In this document: positions 50,017-60,193 of the stretch, one piece after another
Layout of the letters: the number at the start of each line of letters is the position of its first letter
Numbering within the stretch: position 1 is the first letter of the stretch
Assembly: GCA_040767085.1 (NCBI GenBank)
Contig: JAXGPF010000012.1
Location: forward strand, 32,001-96,000
Direction: 5' to 3'
DNA length: 64,000 nucleotides
Origin: Kiritimatiellia bacterium
Lineage (GTDB): Bacteria; Verrucomicrobiota; Kiritimatiellia; JAAZAB01
Translations under genes and position numbers: made by a program
The notes under the pieces: model-generated
Told to the model about the DNA's origin: nothing
Databases searched by the model: none
The model's input: the letters and a program-made list of their open reading frames with translations, nothing else

Positions 50017-50132
50017 GGCTGCGTCATTCTCGGCGGCTCGCCCGGAGGTCTCGCCCTACCCGCGACAAATACTTATGAAACGGTAGGGCGAGGTCTCCGT
50101 ACCGAGCCGTCTGTTCTGAGAATGACGCCGCC
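50017..50132. repeat. Inverted GTAG-type REP pair nested inside CGTC-type inverted ends
   Basis: GGCTGCGTCATTCTC-[..CTCGCCCTACC..GGTAGGGCGAG..]-GAGAATGACGCCGCC. Confidence 0.85.
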
Positions 50133-50249
50133 TGGGCCTGCAAATTAAAAAAAAACAGAAAACAGTGTTCGTAACAAGTCAAGTGTCCGCTTTTTGTAAC
50201 AAGTGATCTGTCCGATTTGTTATTGTGTGTTGTTGCTCCTGGGGTGAGG

Positions 50250-50277
50250 ATTTTCCTCCCCCGCGGGGGAGGAAAAA
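50250..50277 (-). terminator. Hairpin terminator inside the IS, after the transposase stop (repeated at 61169-61196)
   Basis: TTTTCCTCCCCC-GC-GGGGGAGGAAAA. Confidence 0.6.
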
Positions 50278-50279
50278 GT

Positions 50280-51464
50280 TTATGCGACGTCCTCCAGCGA
50301 CGCCGAAATGTTCAACGGTCCTTGGTAGCGGCCAACCACATGCGGGCCATAACGGATGGACACCGTGCCATCGAGGTGCTCGCAGACTTTAACCCGGCAC
50401 TTGGCGAAGCTGAAACGCCATTTTGATGGTCCAATCTGCAAGCGGCGACTCCCGACAGCCACGGTATTGTCATTTTGAACCTCTCGCGCATGCTGCACAC
50501 AGAAAATGCTGTCCAAATCCTGCTCACCGCAAGGCACGAAACACGTTCCTGTTTCCCGCGCCTTCACCTTCATGTTGCGATTGAAGGAAGGCAGAAACTG
50601 TTGTTGAATATAGACGTTGGCCTCGGCCATCGTCCGGATTCCCGCCTGCCTTAATTCCTGCGGCAGGCGCCCTTGCCAGGTCTTAAACATCCGCTCTATT
50701 CGCCCACGTCCCTGGGGGCTATAGCTCGGAATATGTTCGATCCCCAACTGTTGCAACGCCCGTCCAATTTGCGTCAATTGACGCCGGTCCACCGCCCCGC
50801 CTTCTTTGGGCGTATAAAAGAAATGACTGCCACGATCCGTGTACAGACTGCAGAAAACCCCATGTTTAATAATGACTTCTTTCAACCCCTTCATCACCGT
50901 TAATGTCCCTTCCTGGGGCACAAGATAGGCCGTGTAGACTTCGCTGGTGGCATCGTCCATCACCAGGATCAGATCCTGCTTCTGGCCCGCCAGCAGGGGC
51001 AACCAGGCATGGGTGCTGCCATCCACCATCAACATCATCCCCGCCATTGGTCGCCGTTCCCGCTGCTGCCGATGCGGCCCTCGTTTCCGGGCCTTCGCCA
51101 CCAACCCGGCCGTCTGCAAGGCGCTCTTGACCCACTGATAACTGAGCTCGATCCCATGCTCCGCCTGCAGCTTCTCGTGAAAATGCCTCACATTGAAATC
51201 CATGTATTCTTCTCGGTACAACCTCAGCACCTGCTTCACCGTCGCAAGGGGCACGCGCCGCGGCCCCGGTATCTTCCGCCGACGATCCAGCAGCCCGTCG
51301 TAACCATACCGCTCGTAGCGCCCTTTCCAGCGCCGCATGGTCCGGTAGCTCACACCTAGTATCTCCGCCGCCTCCCACCACATTAACCGCCCTTCAATCG
51401 CACGCAAGATCACTTCCTGTACCTTCATTGCCCGCTCCAGTGCTGCCTTCGGATATTCATCCAT
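50280..51464 (-). CDS. DDE (rve-type) transposase
   Basis: N-terminal HTH; VDGSTH, MDDATS, YTDRGSHF, SPQGRGRIERMFKTWQGRL. Confidence 0.92.
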   Translation of the reverse strand: MDEYPKAALERAMKVQEVILRAIEGRLMWWEAAEILGVSYRTMRRWKGRYERYGYDGLLDRRRKIPGPRRVPLATVKQVLRLYREEYMDFNVRHFHEKLQAEHGIELSYQWVKSALQTAGLVAKARKRGPHRQQRERRPMAGMMLMVDGSTHAWLPLLAGQKQDLILVMDDATSEVYTAYLVPQEGTLTVMKGLKEVIIKHGVFCSLYTDRGSHFFYTPKEGGAVDRRQLTQIGRALQQLGIEHIPSYSPQGRGRIERMFKTWQGRLPQELRQAGIRTMAEANVYIQQQFLPSFNRNMKVKARETGTCFVPCGEQDLDSIFCVQHAREVQNDNTVAVGSRRLQIGPSKWRFSFAKCRVKVCEHLDGTVSIRYGPHVVGRYQGPLNISASLEDVA

Positions 51465-51632
51465 ATAACCCCCCTTTGAATGCACCATCCTGACAGCTTT
51501 AAGCGGACAAATCATTTGTTAATTATGCGGCCAAGTCATTTGTTTACGACAAAAAACAGAAAACAGTTGAATTACGGCGGGCTTTTTGGTATTCAAATAA
51601 TGATGCTGCGCGTTGAAGCGCCGTGTCAGTTC

Positions 51633-52463
51633 ATGAATAATAAATATGCGTTAGGTTGGGTGCCGGATGTTCCGGACGTGCGCGACGTTCCATTTGCCGC
51701 CGTTTTTCGCGTGCCGCGCCGGATGCCGGCGGCCATGGATTTGCGCGCGGGCTGCTCCCCGGTGGAAGATCAGGGCGCTTTGGGCTCCTGCACCGCGCAA
51801 GCCCTGGTTGGCGGATTGGAGTATCTGCAGTTGCGCGTTTGGACGCGCCCGCGCCATCCGGCCGGGCCATCCGCGCGTCATCGGGATTTAAGCCGCCTGT
51901 TTTTATACTACAACACGCGCGCGCTGATGGGAACCATTCGTGAGGATTCGGGCGCCATGTTGCGCACCGGGCTGAAATCGCTGCGCAAGACGGGCGTCTG
52001 CGGCGAGGATTTATGGCCCTACCTGATCGAGCGTTTTGCCGAAGCGCCGCCGCGCAAGTGTTACCAGGCGGCGTTGGCTTGCCGGGTCCAGGCCTACCAG
52101 CGCCTGGCCAGTCTGGCGGAAATGAAAGCCTGCCTGGCGGAGGGGTTGCCGTTTGTTTTCGGTTTTGCGGTTTACGAGCATGTGATGGATGCCGCCACCG
52201 CGCGCACCGGCCGGATCCGGCTGCCGCGCCGGCAGGAGCGGATGCTGGGCGGACACGCCGTGCTGGCCGTCGGGTATCGCGACCGGGATCGCACGCTGAT
52301 TTTCCGGAATTCCTGGGGCGCGCCATGGGGCGATGCCGGCTATGGCGAAATCCCGTATGCCTACTTGGAAAGCCGCGAACTTTCCGATGACTTCTGGTGC
52401 ATCCAATCCGCTTGCGGCGCAGGCGGACAGACGCGGCCGGGACGGAGGGTTGCCCGTCCATGA
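51633..52463 (+). CDS. Papain-family (C1) cysteine peptidase
   Basis: DQGALGSCTA, GGHAVLAVGY, RNSWGAPWGDAGY. Confidence 0.9.
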   Translation: MNNKYALGWVPDVPDVRDVPFAAVFRVPRRMPAAMDLRAGCSPVEDQGALGSCTAQALVGGLEYLQLRVWTRPRHPAGPSARHRDLSRLFLYYNTRALMGTIREDSGAMLRTGLKSLRKTGVCGEDLWPYLIERFAEAPPRKCYQAALACRVQAYQRLASLAEMKACLAEGLPFVFGFAVYEHVMDAATARTGRIRLPRRQERMLGGHAVLAVGYRDRDRTLIFRNSWGAPWGDAGYGEIPYAYLESRELSDDFWCIQSACGAGGQTRPGRRVARP

Positions 52464-53689
52464 TGCTGGTGTTTTCGGGGCTGGTGTTGTTGGCCGTGCT
52501 GCTGGCGCTTTCCGCCTTTTTTTCAAGCGCGGAGACGGCGTTCTTTTCGCTCAATCCGATGCAGATTCACCGGATCCGCCGCGTGCATCCACGAGCGGCC
52601 CGCGAGATTGAGGCGCTGCTGGGCGCGCCCACGCAATTGCTTTCCAGCATCCTGATCGGCAACACCCTGGTCAATATGGCTTGCGCCGCGGTTGGCTATG
52701 GGGTATGCGAATGGTTCTGGCCCGGGCGGGGCACGGCCATCTCGATCCCGGCCATGACCTTTCTCCTGATCGTCTTCGGCGAAATCAGTCCCAAGCGCCT
52801 GGCCGTGCGGTTCCCGGAGAAATTGGCGGTGGTTTACCGCCGGCCTTTGAACATCACCATCTGGCTGATGACACCCCTGCGCCTGTTGATCGAGTGGGTT
52901 ACCAGCCGCCTGCAATCGCATTTCCGCCCGCATCGGCCGGTTTTGACCGGCGAGGAACTGCTGACGGCGGTGGACGTCAGCCATGAAGACGGCGCGTTGA
53001 ATACCGAAGAGCGGCTGATGGTGGACGGCATTATCCGCCTGGAAGACATTCAAGCCAAGGATGTCATGACGCCCCGCGTGGATTTGATCGGGGTGGACCT
53101 GGATGACGATCCCGCCGTGCAGGAACAAACCGCCCGCCGGTCGCATTTCCGGTATCTGCCGGTGTACCAGGACAGCCTGGACGAGATTGTCGGTTTTCTG
53201 GATGTGCCGCGTTATTTGCTCGATCCGGCGCGCGATTTGAACGCCGCCACCATCCCGCATTTTTACGTGCCGGACACCGCCCCGCTGGATACTCTGCTGA
53301 CCAGTTTCCAGCAACAGCGGCGGCGGATCGCCATCGTCATTGACGAATACGGCGGCACGGCCGGGATGATTACCCGCGGCGACATCCTGGATGAAATCGT
53401 GGAGTCGGTGGACAACGAGTTCGGCGGCCAGCCCGCGGGCATCCAAACCATGGGCGATAATTGCTGGCTGATTCACGGCAATATCAGCCTGGAGGACATC
53501 AATTACGAACTTGACCTGGAACTGGAAGCCGAGGGCGCCGACCGCCTGGCCGGCTGGGTGACGGCCCGGGCGGAACATATTCCCAGGGTCGGCGAAGTCG
53601 TGGCGGCCCAGGGTTGCCGGGTGACGGTCCGCCAGATGAAAAAACACCGCATCACCATGCTGATGCTTGAAAAAATCGAATCCGATTGA
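52460..53689 (+). CDS. CNNM/CBS/CorC (hemolysin-family, CorB-like) protein
   Basis: SAFFSSAETAFFS, GEISPK, VMTPR, IDEYGGTAG. Confidence 0.9.
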   Translation: MMLVFSGLVLLAVLLALSAFFSSAETAFFSLNPMQIHRIRRVHPRAAREIEALLGAPTQLLSSILIGNTLVNMACAAVGYGVCEWFWPGRGTAISIPAMTFLLIVFGEISPKRLAVRFPEKLAVVYRRPLNITIWLMTPLRLLIEWVTSRLQSHFRPHRPVLTGEELLTAVDVSHEDGALNTEERLMVDGIIRLEDIQAKDVMTPRVDLIGVDLDDDPAVQEQTARRSHFRYLPVYQDSLDEIVGFLDVPRYLLDPARDLNAATIPHFYVPDTAPLDTLLTSFQQQRRRIAIVIDEYGGTAGMITRGDILDEIVESVDNEFGGQPAGIQTMGDNCWLIHGNISLEDINYELDLELEAEGADRLAGWVTARAEHIPRVGEVVAAQGCRVTVRQMKKHRITMLMLEKIESD

Positions 53690-53698
53690 CGCACCGGT

Positions 53699-54685
53699 AT
53701 GTTCATCCTTGAAATATTTCTGCTGCTTCTGTGCCTGGTGTGGGCCGCGTTCTTTGCCGGCATTGAAACTGGTGTGATTTCCATCAACCATTTAAAATTG
53801 CGCCACCTGGCGGAGGAGGAAGAAGACCGTCGCGCTCAATTGCTCGAACGCTTTCTCGCCAATCCCGACCGCCTGCTGGGCACCACGCTGGTAGGTGTCA
53901 ACATCTGTATGGTGGGAGCATCGGTCCTGGGCGCGCGCCTGGGGCATGGCCTGCCGGGCCGCGGCGGCGAGATTTTTACGGAAGCCCTGACGACCATGGT
54001 GGTTTTGATTTGCTGCGAGTATCTGCCCAAGGCGTGGCTTCAAAGCAATCCCATCGCGCGCTGCCGGCCGTTCGCCGGCGTATTGTGGGGCGCTTCGCTG
54101 GTGTTGAAGCCGCTGGCGGATTTTTTCAACTGGTTGACGATGTTTTTGCTGCGCGGCCTGCCCGCGGGGAAGGCGCAAGGCCTCCCGGTGGTCACGCGCG
54201 AAGAAATTGACATCCTGGCGAAAGAAAGCGCCGAACACGGCAATCTGACGCCCAAGCAGCGCATTATGATCCATCGCGTGGTGGACCTGGCCGGCAAAAA
54301 CGCCGCGCAGATCATGGCGCCCCGGGAGCGCATGGTGTTCATTGACAGCCAGGCAACGGCGGAGGAGTTTTTAACCCGGTCGCGCGGGTCCAACTTCACC
54401 CGGTTGCCGGTGTATGACCGGACGCGCGGAGTGTTTGTCGGCATCGCCAATCTGTTCGATGTGCTGGCCGCTCCGGCTGCCCGCTATGCCGAGCCGATTA
54501 CCCGGTTTATGCGGCCGCCGCAATTCCTGCGCGATACGACGCCCCTGACGGAAGTCCTGCCCCGGCTGCGCCGTTCGCGCCAGCCGCTGGCCCTGGTGGC
54601 TAACGCCCGGACGGAAGTCATCGGCCTGCTGACCACGGAAGACGTCCTGCGCCTGATTATCGGCGTGGATGATCCGGCGCAATAA
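53699..54685 (+). CDS. CNNM/CBS domain protein lacking the CorC domain
   Basis: FFAGIETG, LLGTTLVGVN, EYLPK, FTRLPVY, TTEDVL. Confidence 0.85.
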   Translation: MFILEIFLLLLCLVWAAFFAGIETGVISINHLKLRHLAEEEEDRRAQLLERFLANPDRLLGTTLVGVNICMVGASVLGARLGHGLPGRGGEIFTEALTTMVVLICCEYLPKAWLQSNPIARCRPFAGVLWGASLVLKPLADFFNWLTMFLLRGLPAGKAQGLPVVTREEIDILAKESAEHGNLTPKQRIMIHRVVDLAGKNAAQIMAPRERMVFIDSQATAEEFLTRSRGSNFTRLPVYDRTRGVFVGIANLFDVLAAPAARYAEPITRFMRPPQFLRDTTPLTEVLPRLRRSRQPLALVANARTEVIGLLTTEDVLRLIIGVDDPAQ

Positions 54686-54710
54686 GCGGCCCGGCTGCGC
54701 GCGGCCGGTT

Positions 54711-56414
54711 TCAACCCGCGCCGGCCTTGCCGGATTCCCGGGCCCAGCCGTCCCGCAGGGTCGCCGTCCGGTTAAAGACTGGCGCCCCCGGCCGGCTGTC
54801 CGCCGGATCGGTGAAAAAGTACCCCAGGCGTTCAAACTGGTAATGCGCGCCCGGCCCGGCCTGGGCCAGCCCCGGTTCGCACATGGCGGTAACCTTCTGC
54901 AGCGAAGCGGGATTCAGTACCCGGCGGAAATCTCCGCCGGCGGCGGCTTCGTCGGCGGGATCGGGCACGGTGAACAGCCGATCATAAAGCCGGGCTTCCA
55001 GCGGACGGGCGTGGAGCTGGGAAACCCAATGCAGGGTGGCCTTGACCTTTTTATTGCGCTTGGCGCCGGCGCCGCTGCGGGAATCGGGATCGTAAACGCA
55101 ATGCACTTCCGCCGGCTCGCCGGTGGCGGGGTCTTTCACCACGCCGGTGCACTCGACGCAATAGCCGTAACGCAGCCGCACCGCGCGGCCCGGCGCCAGC
55201 CGGTAAAATCCGGACGGCGGATTTTCCATGAAATCATCCCGTTCGATCAGCAGTTCCCGGCTGAACGGCACCGGCCGGACGCCCTGGGCGGGGTCTTCCG
55301 GGTTGTTGACGGCCTCCATGTTTTCCACCCGGCCGGCGGGGTAGTTCTCGATCACGAGGCGCAGCGGGCGCAGCACGGCCATGGCGCGCGCGGCGCGGCG
55401 GTTCAAATCGTCGCGCAGGCAATGTTCCAGCAGCGCCACGTCCGTCAGACTGTTGAATTTGGTGACGCCGATGCGCCGGCAGAATTCCCGGATGGCGGCC
55501 GGGGTGTAGCCGCGCCGGCGCAGTCCGGCCAGGGTCGGCATACGCGGATCGTCCCAACCCTGCACGAGGCCCTCCTGGACGAGCAGCTGCAGCTTGCGTT
55601 TGCTCATCAGCGTATATGACAGGTTCAACCGGGCGAATTCGATCTGCTGGGGATGGCAGGGGGTGGCGAGGGCGTCCAGAATCCAGTCATAAAGCGGGCG
55701 GTGGACTTCGAATTCGAGGGTGCAGATGGAGTGGGTGATGCCCTCGACGGCATCGGACAGGCAGTGGGCGAAATCGTACATGGGGTAAATGCACCAGGTG
55801 TCGCCGGTGCGGTGATGCGGCGCGCGGCGGATGCGGTAAATCACCGGATCGCGCAGGTGCAGATTGGGGGAGGCCATGTCGATTTTCGCGCGCAGAACGT
55901 ACTGGCCGTCCGCGAATTCGCCGGCCTTCATCCGGCGGAACAAGTCCAGGCTTTCCGCCGGCGGCCGGTCGCGCCACGGACTGGGCCGGCCGGGCTGGGT
56001 CGGCACGCCGCGGTAGGCTTTGAATTCCTCGGCCGTCAGGGTGCAGACATAGGCCCGGCCGAGTTGGATCAGGCGTTCGGCGCAATCATACAGGTGCTGG
56101 TAATAGTCGGAGGCGAAATGCAGGTGTTCCCCCCAGTCGAATCCCAGCCACCGGATGTCCGCCTGGATGGCGTCCACGTATTCCACGTCCTCGGTGGCGG
56201 GATTGGTGTCGTCAAACCGCAGGTGGCAGCGTCCGCGGAATTCCTCCGCCAGGCCGAAATTCATGCAGATGGACTTGGCATGGCCGATGTGCAGGTACCC
56301 GTTGGGTTCGGGCGGGAAGCGCGTGACCACCTGCCCGCCATGCTTGTTGGCGCGCAAATCGGCGGCGATGATGTCTTTGATAAAATGGCTGGCGGTGTCA
56401 GTGTCAGTGGTCAT
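54711..56414 (-). CDS. glnS: Glutamine-tRNA ligase
   Basis: [39 protein letters not shown]. Confidence 0.95.
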   Translation of the reverse strand: MTTDTDTASHFIKDIIAADLRANKHGGQVVTRFPPEPNGYLHIGHAKSICMNFGLAEEFRGRCHLRFDDTNPATEDVEYVDAIQADIRWLGFDWGEHLHFASDYYQHLYDCAERLIQLGRAYVCTLTAEEFKAYRGVPTQPGRPSPWRDRPPAESLDLFRRMKAGEFADGQYVLRAKIDMASPNLHLRDPVIYRIRRAPHHRTGDTWCIYPMYDFAHCLSDAVEGITHSICTLEFEVHRPLYDWILDALATPCHPQQIEFARLNLSYTLMSKRKLQLLVQEGLVQGWDDPRMPTLAGLRRRGYTPAAIREFCRRIGVTKFNSLTDVALLEHCLRDDLNRRAARAMAVLRPLRLVIENYPAGRVENMEAVNNPEDPAQGVRPVPFSRELLIERDDFMENPPSGFYRLAPGRAVRLRYGYCVECTGVVKDPATGEPAEVHCVYDPDSRSGAGAKRNKKVKATLHWVSQLHARPLEARLYDRLFTVPDPADEAAAGGDFRRVLNPASLQKVTAMCEPGLAQAGPGAHYQFERLGYFFTDPADSRPGAPVFNRTATLRDGWARESGKAGAG

Positions 56415-56478
56415 GGTAAAGGGTGTCTCTTTCAAAAGAGTTCAGTGTTGGATGGGCGTTTGATTGCGCCGGCGCCCG

Positions 56479-58005
56479 TTAATCCGCGGCGCCGTAAGCG
56501 GCGCGGTAGGATTTTTCCAGGTCTTTCAGTTGTTTGCCCTTGAGCGCGATCCCCTGGGTTTCCAGGGTTTCCAGCGCGTAATGCAGGCGGCGCAGGGTCA
56601 GGTCGCGGCCCAGCAGAGCCATGGCGTCGAACGCCGGGAGCGCCGCCGGCGCACCGGCCAGCGCCGCGTAGAAAACAGGCATGATCTGCTTCAGTTTCAT
56701 TTTTTCGATTTCAGCGATCCGGTTGAAAACGCCGCGGATGGCGTCCGTGTTCCAGGCGGGCGGCTTTTCCAGTTCCCACTGGGCGGTTTTCAGCAGGCGC
56801 GCCACGCCGGGCCCGTCCAAGCCGCCGGAACTTTGCACCAGCAGGGCCGGGGGGTAATCCAGGCGGTCGGCAAACAGGAAGGCGGCCTGGGGCACAAAAT
56901 CGGCCAACTGGTTCAGGCGCGGTTGGGCCAGGGGAATGATGTTCTGCCAATAGGCATCGTTCAACAGCCAGGCTTGCAGGCGCTGCCATAGTGCCGCCGG
57001 CGCCAGGCTGCGCAGGTAGCGGCCGTTGAAGTGCTGGAGTTTCTGGAAATCGAAAACCGGTCCGCCCAGGCTGATGCGGTCAATCTCAAAATGCTCCGCC
57101 ATTTCCGCGAGCGTGAAAATTTCGCGGCCGTCGGCGAAGCTGTAAGCCATGAGCCCCAGGTAATTGATCAGCGCTTCCGGCAGGAAGCCCGCCTGCCGGT
57201 AATACAGGATGCTGGTGGGATTGCGGCGCTTGGAGAGCTTGGACTTGTCCGGGTTGCGCAGGAGGGGAAGATGGGCGAATTCCGGCGGCGTCCAGCCGAA
57301 GGCCTGGTAAAGCAGGATATGCTTCGGCAGCGAGCTCAGCCATTCTTCGCCGCGGATGACATGGGTGATGCCCATCAAATGATCGTCCACGACATTGGCC
57401 AGGTGGTAAGTCGGGTAGCCGTCCGATTTGAGCAGCACCTGGTGGTCCACCTTGGCCCAGGGAATGCGGATTTCGCCCCGCAGGCGATCGCGCATCGCGC
57501 ATTCGCCGTCCGCCGGGACGCGCAGGCGGAGGACATGCGGTTCCCCCGCCGACAGCCGGCGCGCGGCATCCGCTGGCGCCAGCCGGGCGCACAATCCGTC
57601 GTATCCGGCGCAGTCGGCGCCGGCCTGGCTCCGCCGCAGTTCCGCCAGGCGCTCCGCGGTGCAGAAACAGGGGTAGGCCGCGCCCGCGGCCAGCAGCCGC
57701 CGGCCGTGTTCCAGGTAAATCCGCGTGCGTTCGCTCTGGCGGTAGGGCGCGTGCGGTCCGCCGCAGTCGGGGCCTTCATCCCAGGGAATGCCCAGCCAGC
57801 GGAGCGATGCCAGAATGGCCTGTTCCGATTCGGCGGTCGAACGCGCCTGGTCGGTGTCTTCCACGCGCAGGATGAACTGGCCGCCATGCCGTTTGGCGAA
57901 AGCGTAGTTAAACAGGGCCATGAAAGCCGTGCCGATATGGGGCGCGCCGGTGGGCGAAGGCGCCACGCGGGTCCGGACAGTTGGCTGGTTGTTCTGGGTA
58001 TGCAT
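56479..58005 (-). CDS. gltX: Glutamate-tRNA ligase
   Basis: APSPTGAPHIG, RVEDTD, PTYHLANVVDDH, KLSKR. Confidence 0.95.
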   Translation of the reverse strand: MHTQNNQPTVRTRVAPSPTGAPHIGTAFMALFNYAFAKRHGGQFILRVEDTDQARSTAESEQAILASLRWLGIPWDEGPDCGGPHAPYRQSERTRIYLEHGRRLLAAGAAYPCFCTAERLAELRRSQAGADCAGYDGLCARLAPADAARRLSAGEPHVLRLRVPADGECAMRDRLRGEIRIPWAKVDHQVLLKSDGYPTYHLANVVDDHLMGITHVIRGEEWLSSLPKHILLYQAFGWTPPEFAHLPLLRNPDKSKLSKRRNPTSILYYRQAGFLPEALINYLGLMAYSFADGREIFTLAEMAEHFEIDRISLGGPVFDFQKLQHFNGRYLRSLAPAALWQRLQAWLLNDAYWQNIIPLAQPRLNQLADFVPQAAFLFADRLDYPPALLVQSSGGLDGPGVARLLKTAQWELEKPPAWNTDAIRGVFNRIAEIEKMKLKQIMPVFYAALAGAPAALPAFDAMALLGRDLTLRRLHYALETLETQGIALKGKQLKDLEKSYRAAYGAAD

Positions 58006-58104
58006 GAGACGCGGTAAAAAAACAGCGCCGCCGGCGTAATCCGCTCCGGCGACGCTGGGCCAATGCCAGTTAAATCATAAGAGCCGGCGGCGGCTCGGAG
58101 CGCG

Positions 58105-58584
58105 CTATTTCACCGGGGCGGCCGGCGCGGGCGCGGCTTCTTCCTTGACCGCGGGCGCGGGTTCGACAGGCTTGGCGGCTTCCTGGGGCGCTGCCGTTTC
58201 CGCGGCCGGCGCGGGCGCCGCGGCGGCCGCCGGGGCAACTTCCTCGGGTTTGGCGGCCGCGATGGTTTCCACGTTCTTCACCGTGATCCAGCGCCGGTTC
58301 TGATCGTCAAAGCTGAAAGTGCCGGAAACGCGGACCTTGGCCCCGTCCATGGTTTCCAGGGGTTTGCTGGCTTCATCGAGGGTGATCTCATAACTGGTGA
58401 CAACCAGGCGGATGGCGCTTACCTTGCCGTCCTTGTCCTTGACAACGTTGACCACCCCGCTTTTCCGCACATCAAAGGGAATCCGCTGCTCGGCCCCGCC
58501 GGCGGCGGCTTCCTGCGCGCGGACCGCGGCGCAGCTTATCAGGATGGCAGTGGCGGCGCTGACGATTTTTGCGGATGCACGCAT
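58105..58584 (-). CDS. Small secreted OB-fold-like protein with Ala/Pro tail
   Basis: AAGGAG RBS, signal peptide, KVRVSGT strand, PAPAAE repeats; TTGACG-16 bp-TATACT upstream. Confidence 0.65.
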   Translation of the reverse strand: MRASAKIVSAATAILISCAAVRAQEAAAGGAEQRIPFDVRKSGVVNVVKDKDGKVSAIRLVVTSYEITLDEASKPLETMDGAKVRVSGTFSFDDQNRRWITVKNVETIAAAKPEEVAPAAAAAPAPAAETAAPQEAAKPVEPAPAVKEEAAPAPAAPVK

Positions 58585-58728
58585 GGGAGACTCCTTAATA
58601 AAGTTAATGGTGCGGTTGTCTGTGCGATCAGGCCGGAATCCCGGCAAAATCAGCAGACAGTATAACCGATTTGCCCGCCGCGTCAATCAGATTGCACCGG
58701 TTTTTTGCAAGGCGTCCGCCCGGGGCGT

Positions 58729-58770
58729 AAAAAAGGCATAGCCGGAATTCCGGGCCATTCCGGCTATGCC
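58729..58770 (-). terminator. Rho-independent terminator of the peroxiredoxin gene
   Basis: 14-bp stem GGCATAGCCGGAAT/ATTCCGGCTATGCC with U6 on the minus strand. Confidence 0.8.
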
Positions 58771-58794
58771 GATAATCAGCGATTGATGCCGGGC

Positions 58795-59481
58795 TTACTT
58801 CCCGTGCGGACATTTTTTCAGGCACAGAAACCAATCCAGGCACTTGACATCCGCCCCGGCCTGGTGCATGCGTTCCTTGGCCGCGCCGCAGGATCCGGGC
58901 GGCGGCACGATCACGTCCTCGCCGGGCACCCAGTTGGCGGGCGTCGCGATCTTGTGCTGATCGGAATGCTGCATGGCCACCAGCAGGCGTTTGACTTCTT
59001 CCATGTTGCGCCCGTTGGAAAGCGGGTAGTAAAGGATGGCGCGCACCTTGCCGGTGGGATCGATCATGAACACCGCCCGCACCGCCTGGGTGTTGCTCGC
59101 GCCGGGCTGAAGCATGCCGAAGGCTTTGGAAACTTCCATGGTCAGGTCGCTGATGACCGGGAAATTGACCTCGATGTTCTTCATGCCCTTGTATTCGATT
59201 TTTTCCTTGATGGTGCGCAGCCAGGCGATGTGGCTGTAGGTGCTGTCAATCGAAAGGCCCAGCAGCTTGCAGTTGAGCTTCTCGAATTCCGGCTCCATGG
59301 CGGCGAAAGTCATGAACTCCGTCGTGCAAACCGGCGTGAAATCCGCGGGATGGGAGAAAAATATCACCCACTTGCCCTTGTAATCTTCCGGGAAGTTGAT
59401 CATCCCCTGCGTGGTTTCCGCCTTGAAGGACGGGGCCTGCTCGCCGATCAGCGGCAGCTTAACGGGCGTTGCTTCAGTCAT
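58795..59481 (-). CDS. Peroxiredoxin (Prx6 subfamily)
   Basis: HPADFTPVCTTE, GRNMEE, ATPANW, C-terminal Cys cluster. Confidence 0.92.
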   Translation of the reverse strand: MTEATPVKLPLIGEQAPSFKAETTQGMINFPEDYKGKWVIFFSHPADFTPVCTTEFMTFAAMEPEFEKLNCKLLGLSIDSTYSHIAWLRTIKEKIEYKGMKNIEVNFPVISDLTMEVSKAFGMLQPGASNTQAVRAVFMIDPTGKVRAILYYPLSNGRNMEEVKRLLVAMQHSDQHKIATPANWVPGEDVIVPPPGSCGAAKERMHQAGADVKCLDWFLCLKKCPHGK

Positions 59482-59526
59482 AGTCGTGATTCCTTGGTTT
59501 ATTCCAAAGTGTTTTAAAACGGACGG

Positions 59527-60030
59527 TTACTTGGTGTGCATCTGCAGCATGGTTTCCAGGTCTTCCATTTCAGCCTGAAGGTCTTCCTCATGCTCGACCT
59601 CGTCCTGCAATATCTGGAGGACGGTATTGTAAGTTACCGGATCCTTGCCCATGGTCAGGTTCAACAACTTGCGGTAGGTCATAATCGCGCATTGCTCGCC
59701 GGCGATATTCTGCTCCAGCACTTTTTTGACGAACGGATCATCCGGCGCTTCGTAGCCGCAATTGGTATGCTTGTACCAATCTGCCGGCTTGGTGATCGGC
59801 GTCCCGCCCAGCTGCAGGATGCGCATAGCCAGCATGTCGGCATGCCGGAGCTCGTCGGTGGCGTGCTGGGTCAATTCCGCGATGACGGCTTCCTTCATCG
59901 GGCCCTTGACGACCTTGGCGCCGATCCAGTACTGGTAATAAGCCAGCCATTCATCGGCAAAGGCCTTGTTCAGCACCTGCACCAGCTGCGTGACATCCAT
60001 GTCAACTATTTCTCTGCCCTTGGTTCCCAT
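59527..60030 (-). CDS. DPS-like (DpsL) ferritin-family protein
   Basis: ADEWLAYYQYW, DELRH, NCGY, GEQCAI, DEVEHE. Confidence 0.85.
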   Translation of the reverse strand: MGTKGREIVDMDVTQLVQVLNKAFADEWLAYYQYWIGAKVVKGPMKEAVIAELTQHATDELRHADMLAMRILQLGGTPITKPADWYKHTNCGYEAPDDPFVKKVLEQNIAGEQCAIMTYRKLLNLTMGKDPVTYNTVLQILQDEVEHEEDLQAEMEDLETMLQMHTK

Positions 60031-60034
60031 GGTA

Positions 60035-60193
60035 TTATCCTTTCCTTGATGTGTTTTCTTTGACCGCGATCATCGGTTTTTTGCAACAGACCAACTGGCC
60101 GCCGCCGACTTCCAGCACCTGGACGACATTGCCGCAGATTGCGCAGCGCCAGACCTCGCCGACTTTTTTGATTGCTTCAAGTTTGCATGCCAT
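60035..60193 (-). CDS. Desulforedoxin-like Fe(Cys)4 protein, 52 aa (absent from the ORF track)
   Basis: Manual translation MACKLEAIKKVGEVWRCAICGNVVQVLEVGGGQLVCCKKPMIAVKENTSRKG shows CxxC...CC. Confidence 0.88.
   Translation of the reverse strand: MACKLEAIKKVGEVWRCAICGNVVQVLEVGGGQLVCCKKPMIAVKENTSRKG

Larger units (their letters stand above)
50166..51551 (-). mobile_element. IS1202-family (ISNCY) insertion sequence, copy 1, 1386 bp
   Basis: TGT...ACA ends, doubled subterminal repeats, 15-bp target duplication AAAAACAGAAAACAG (50151-50165 and 51552-51566). Confidence 0.9.
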
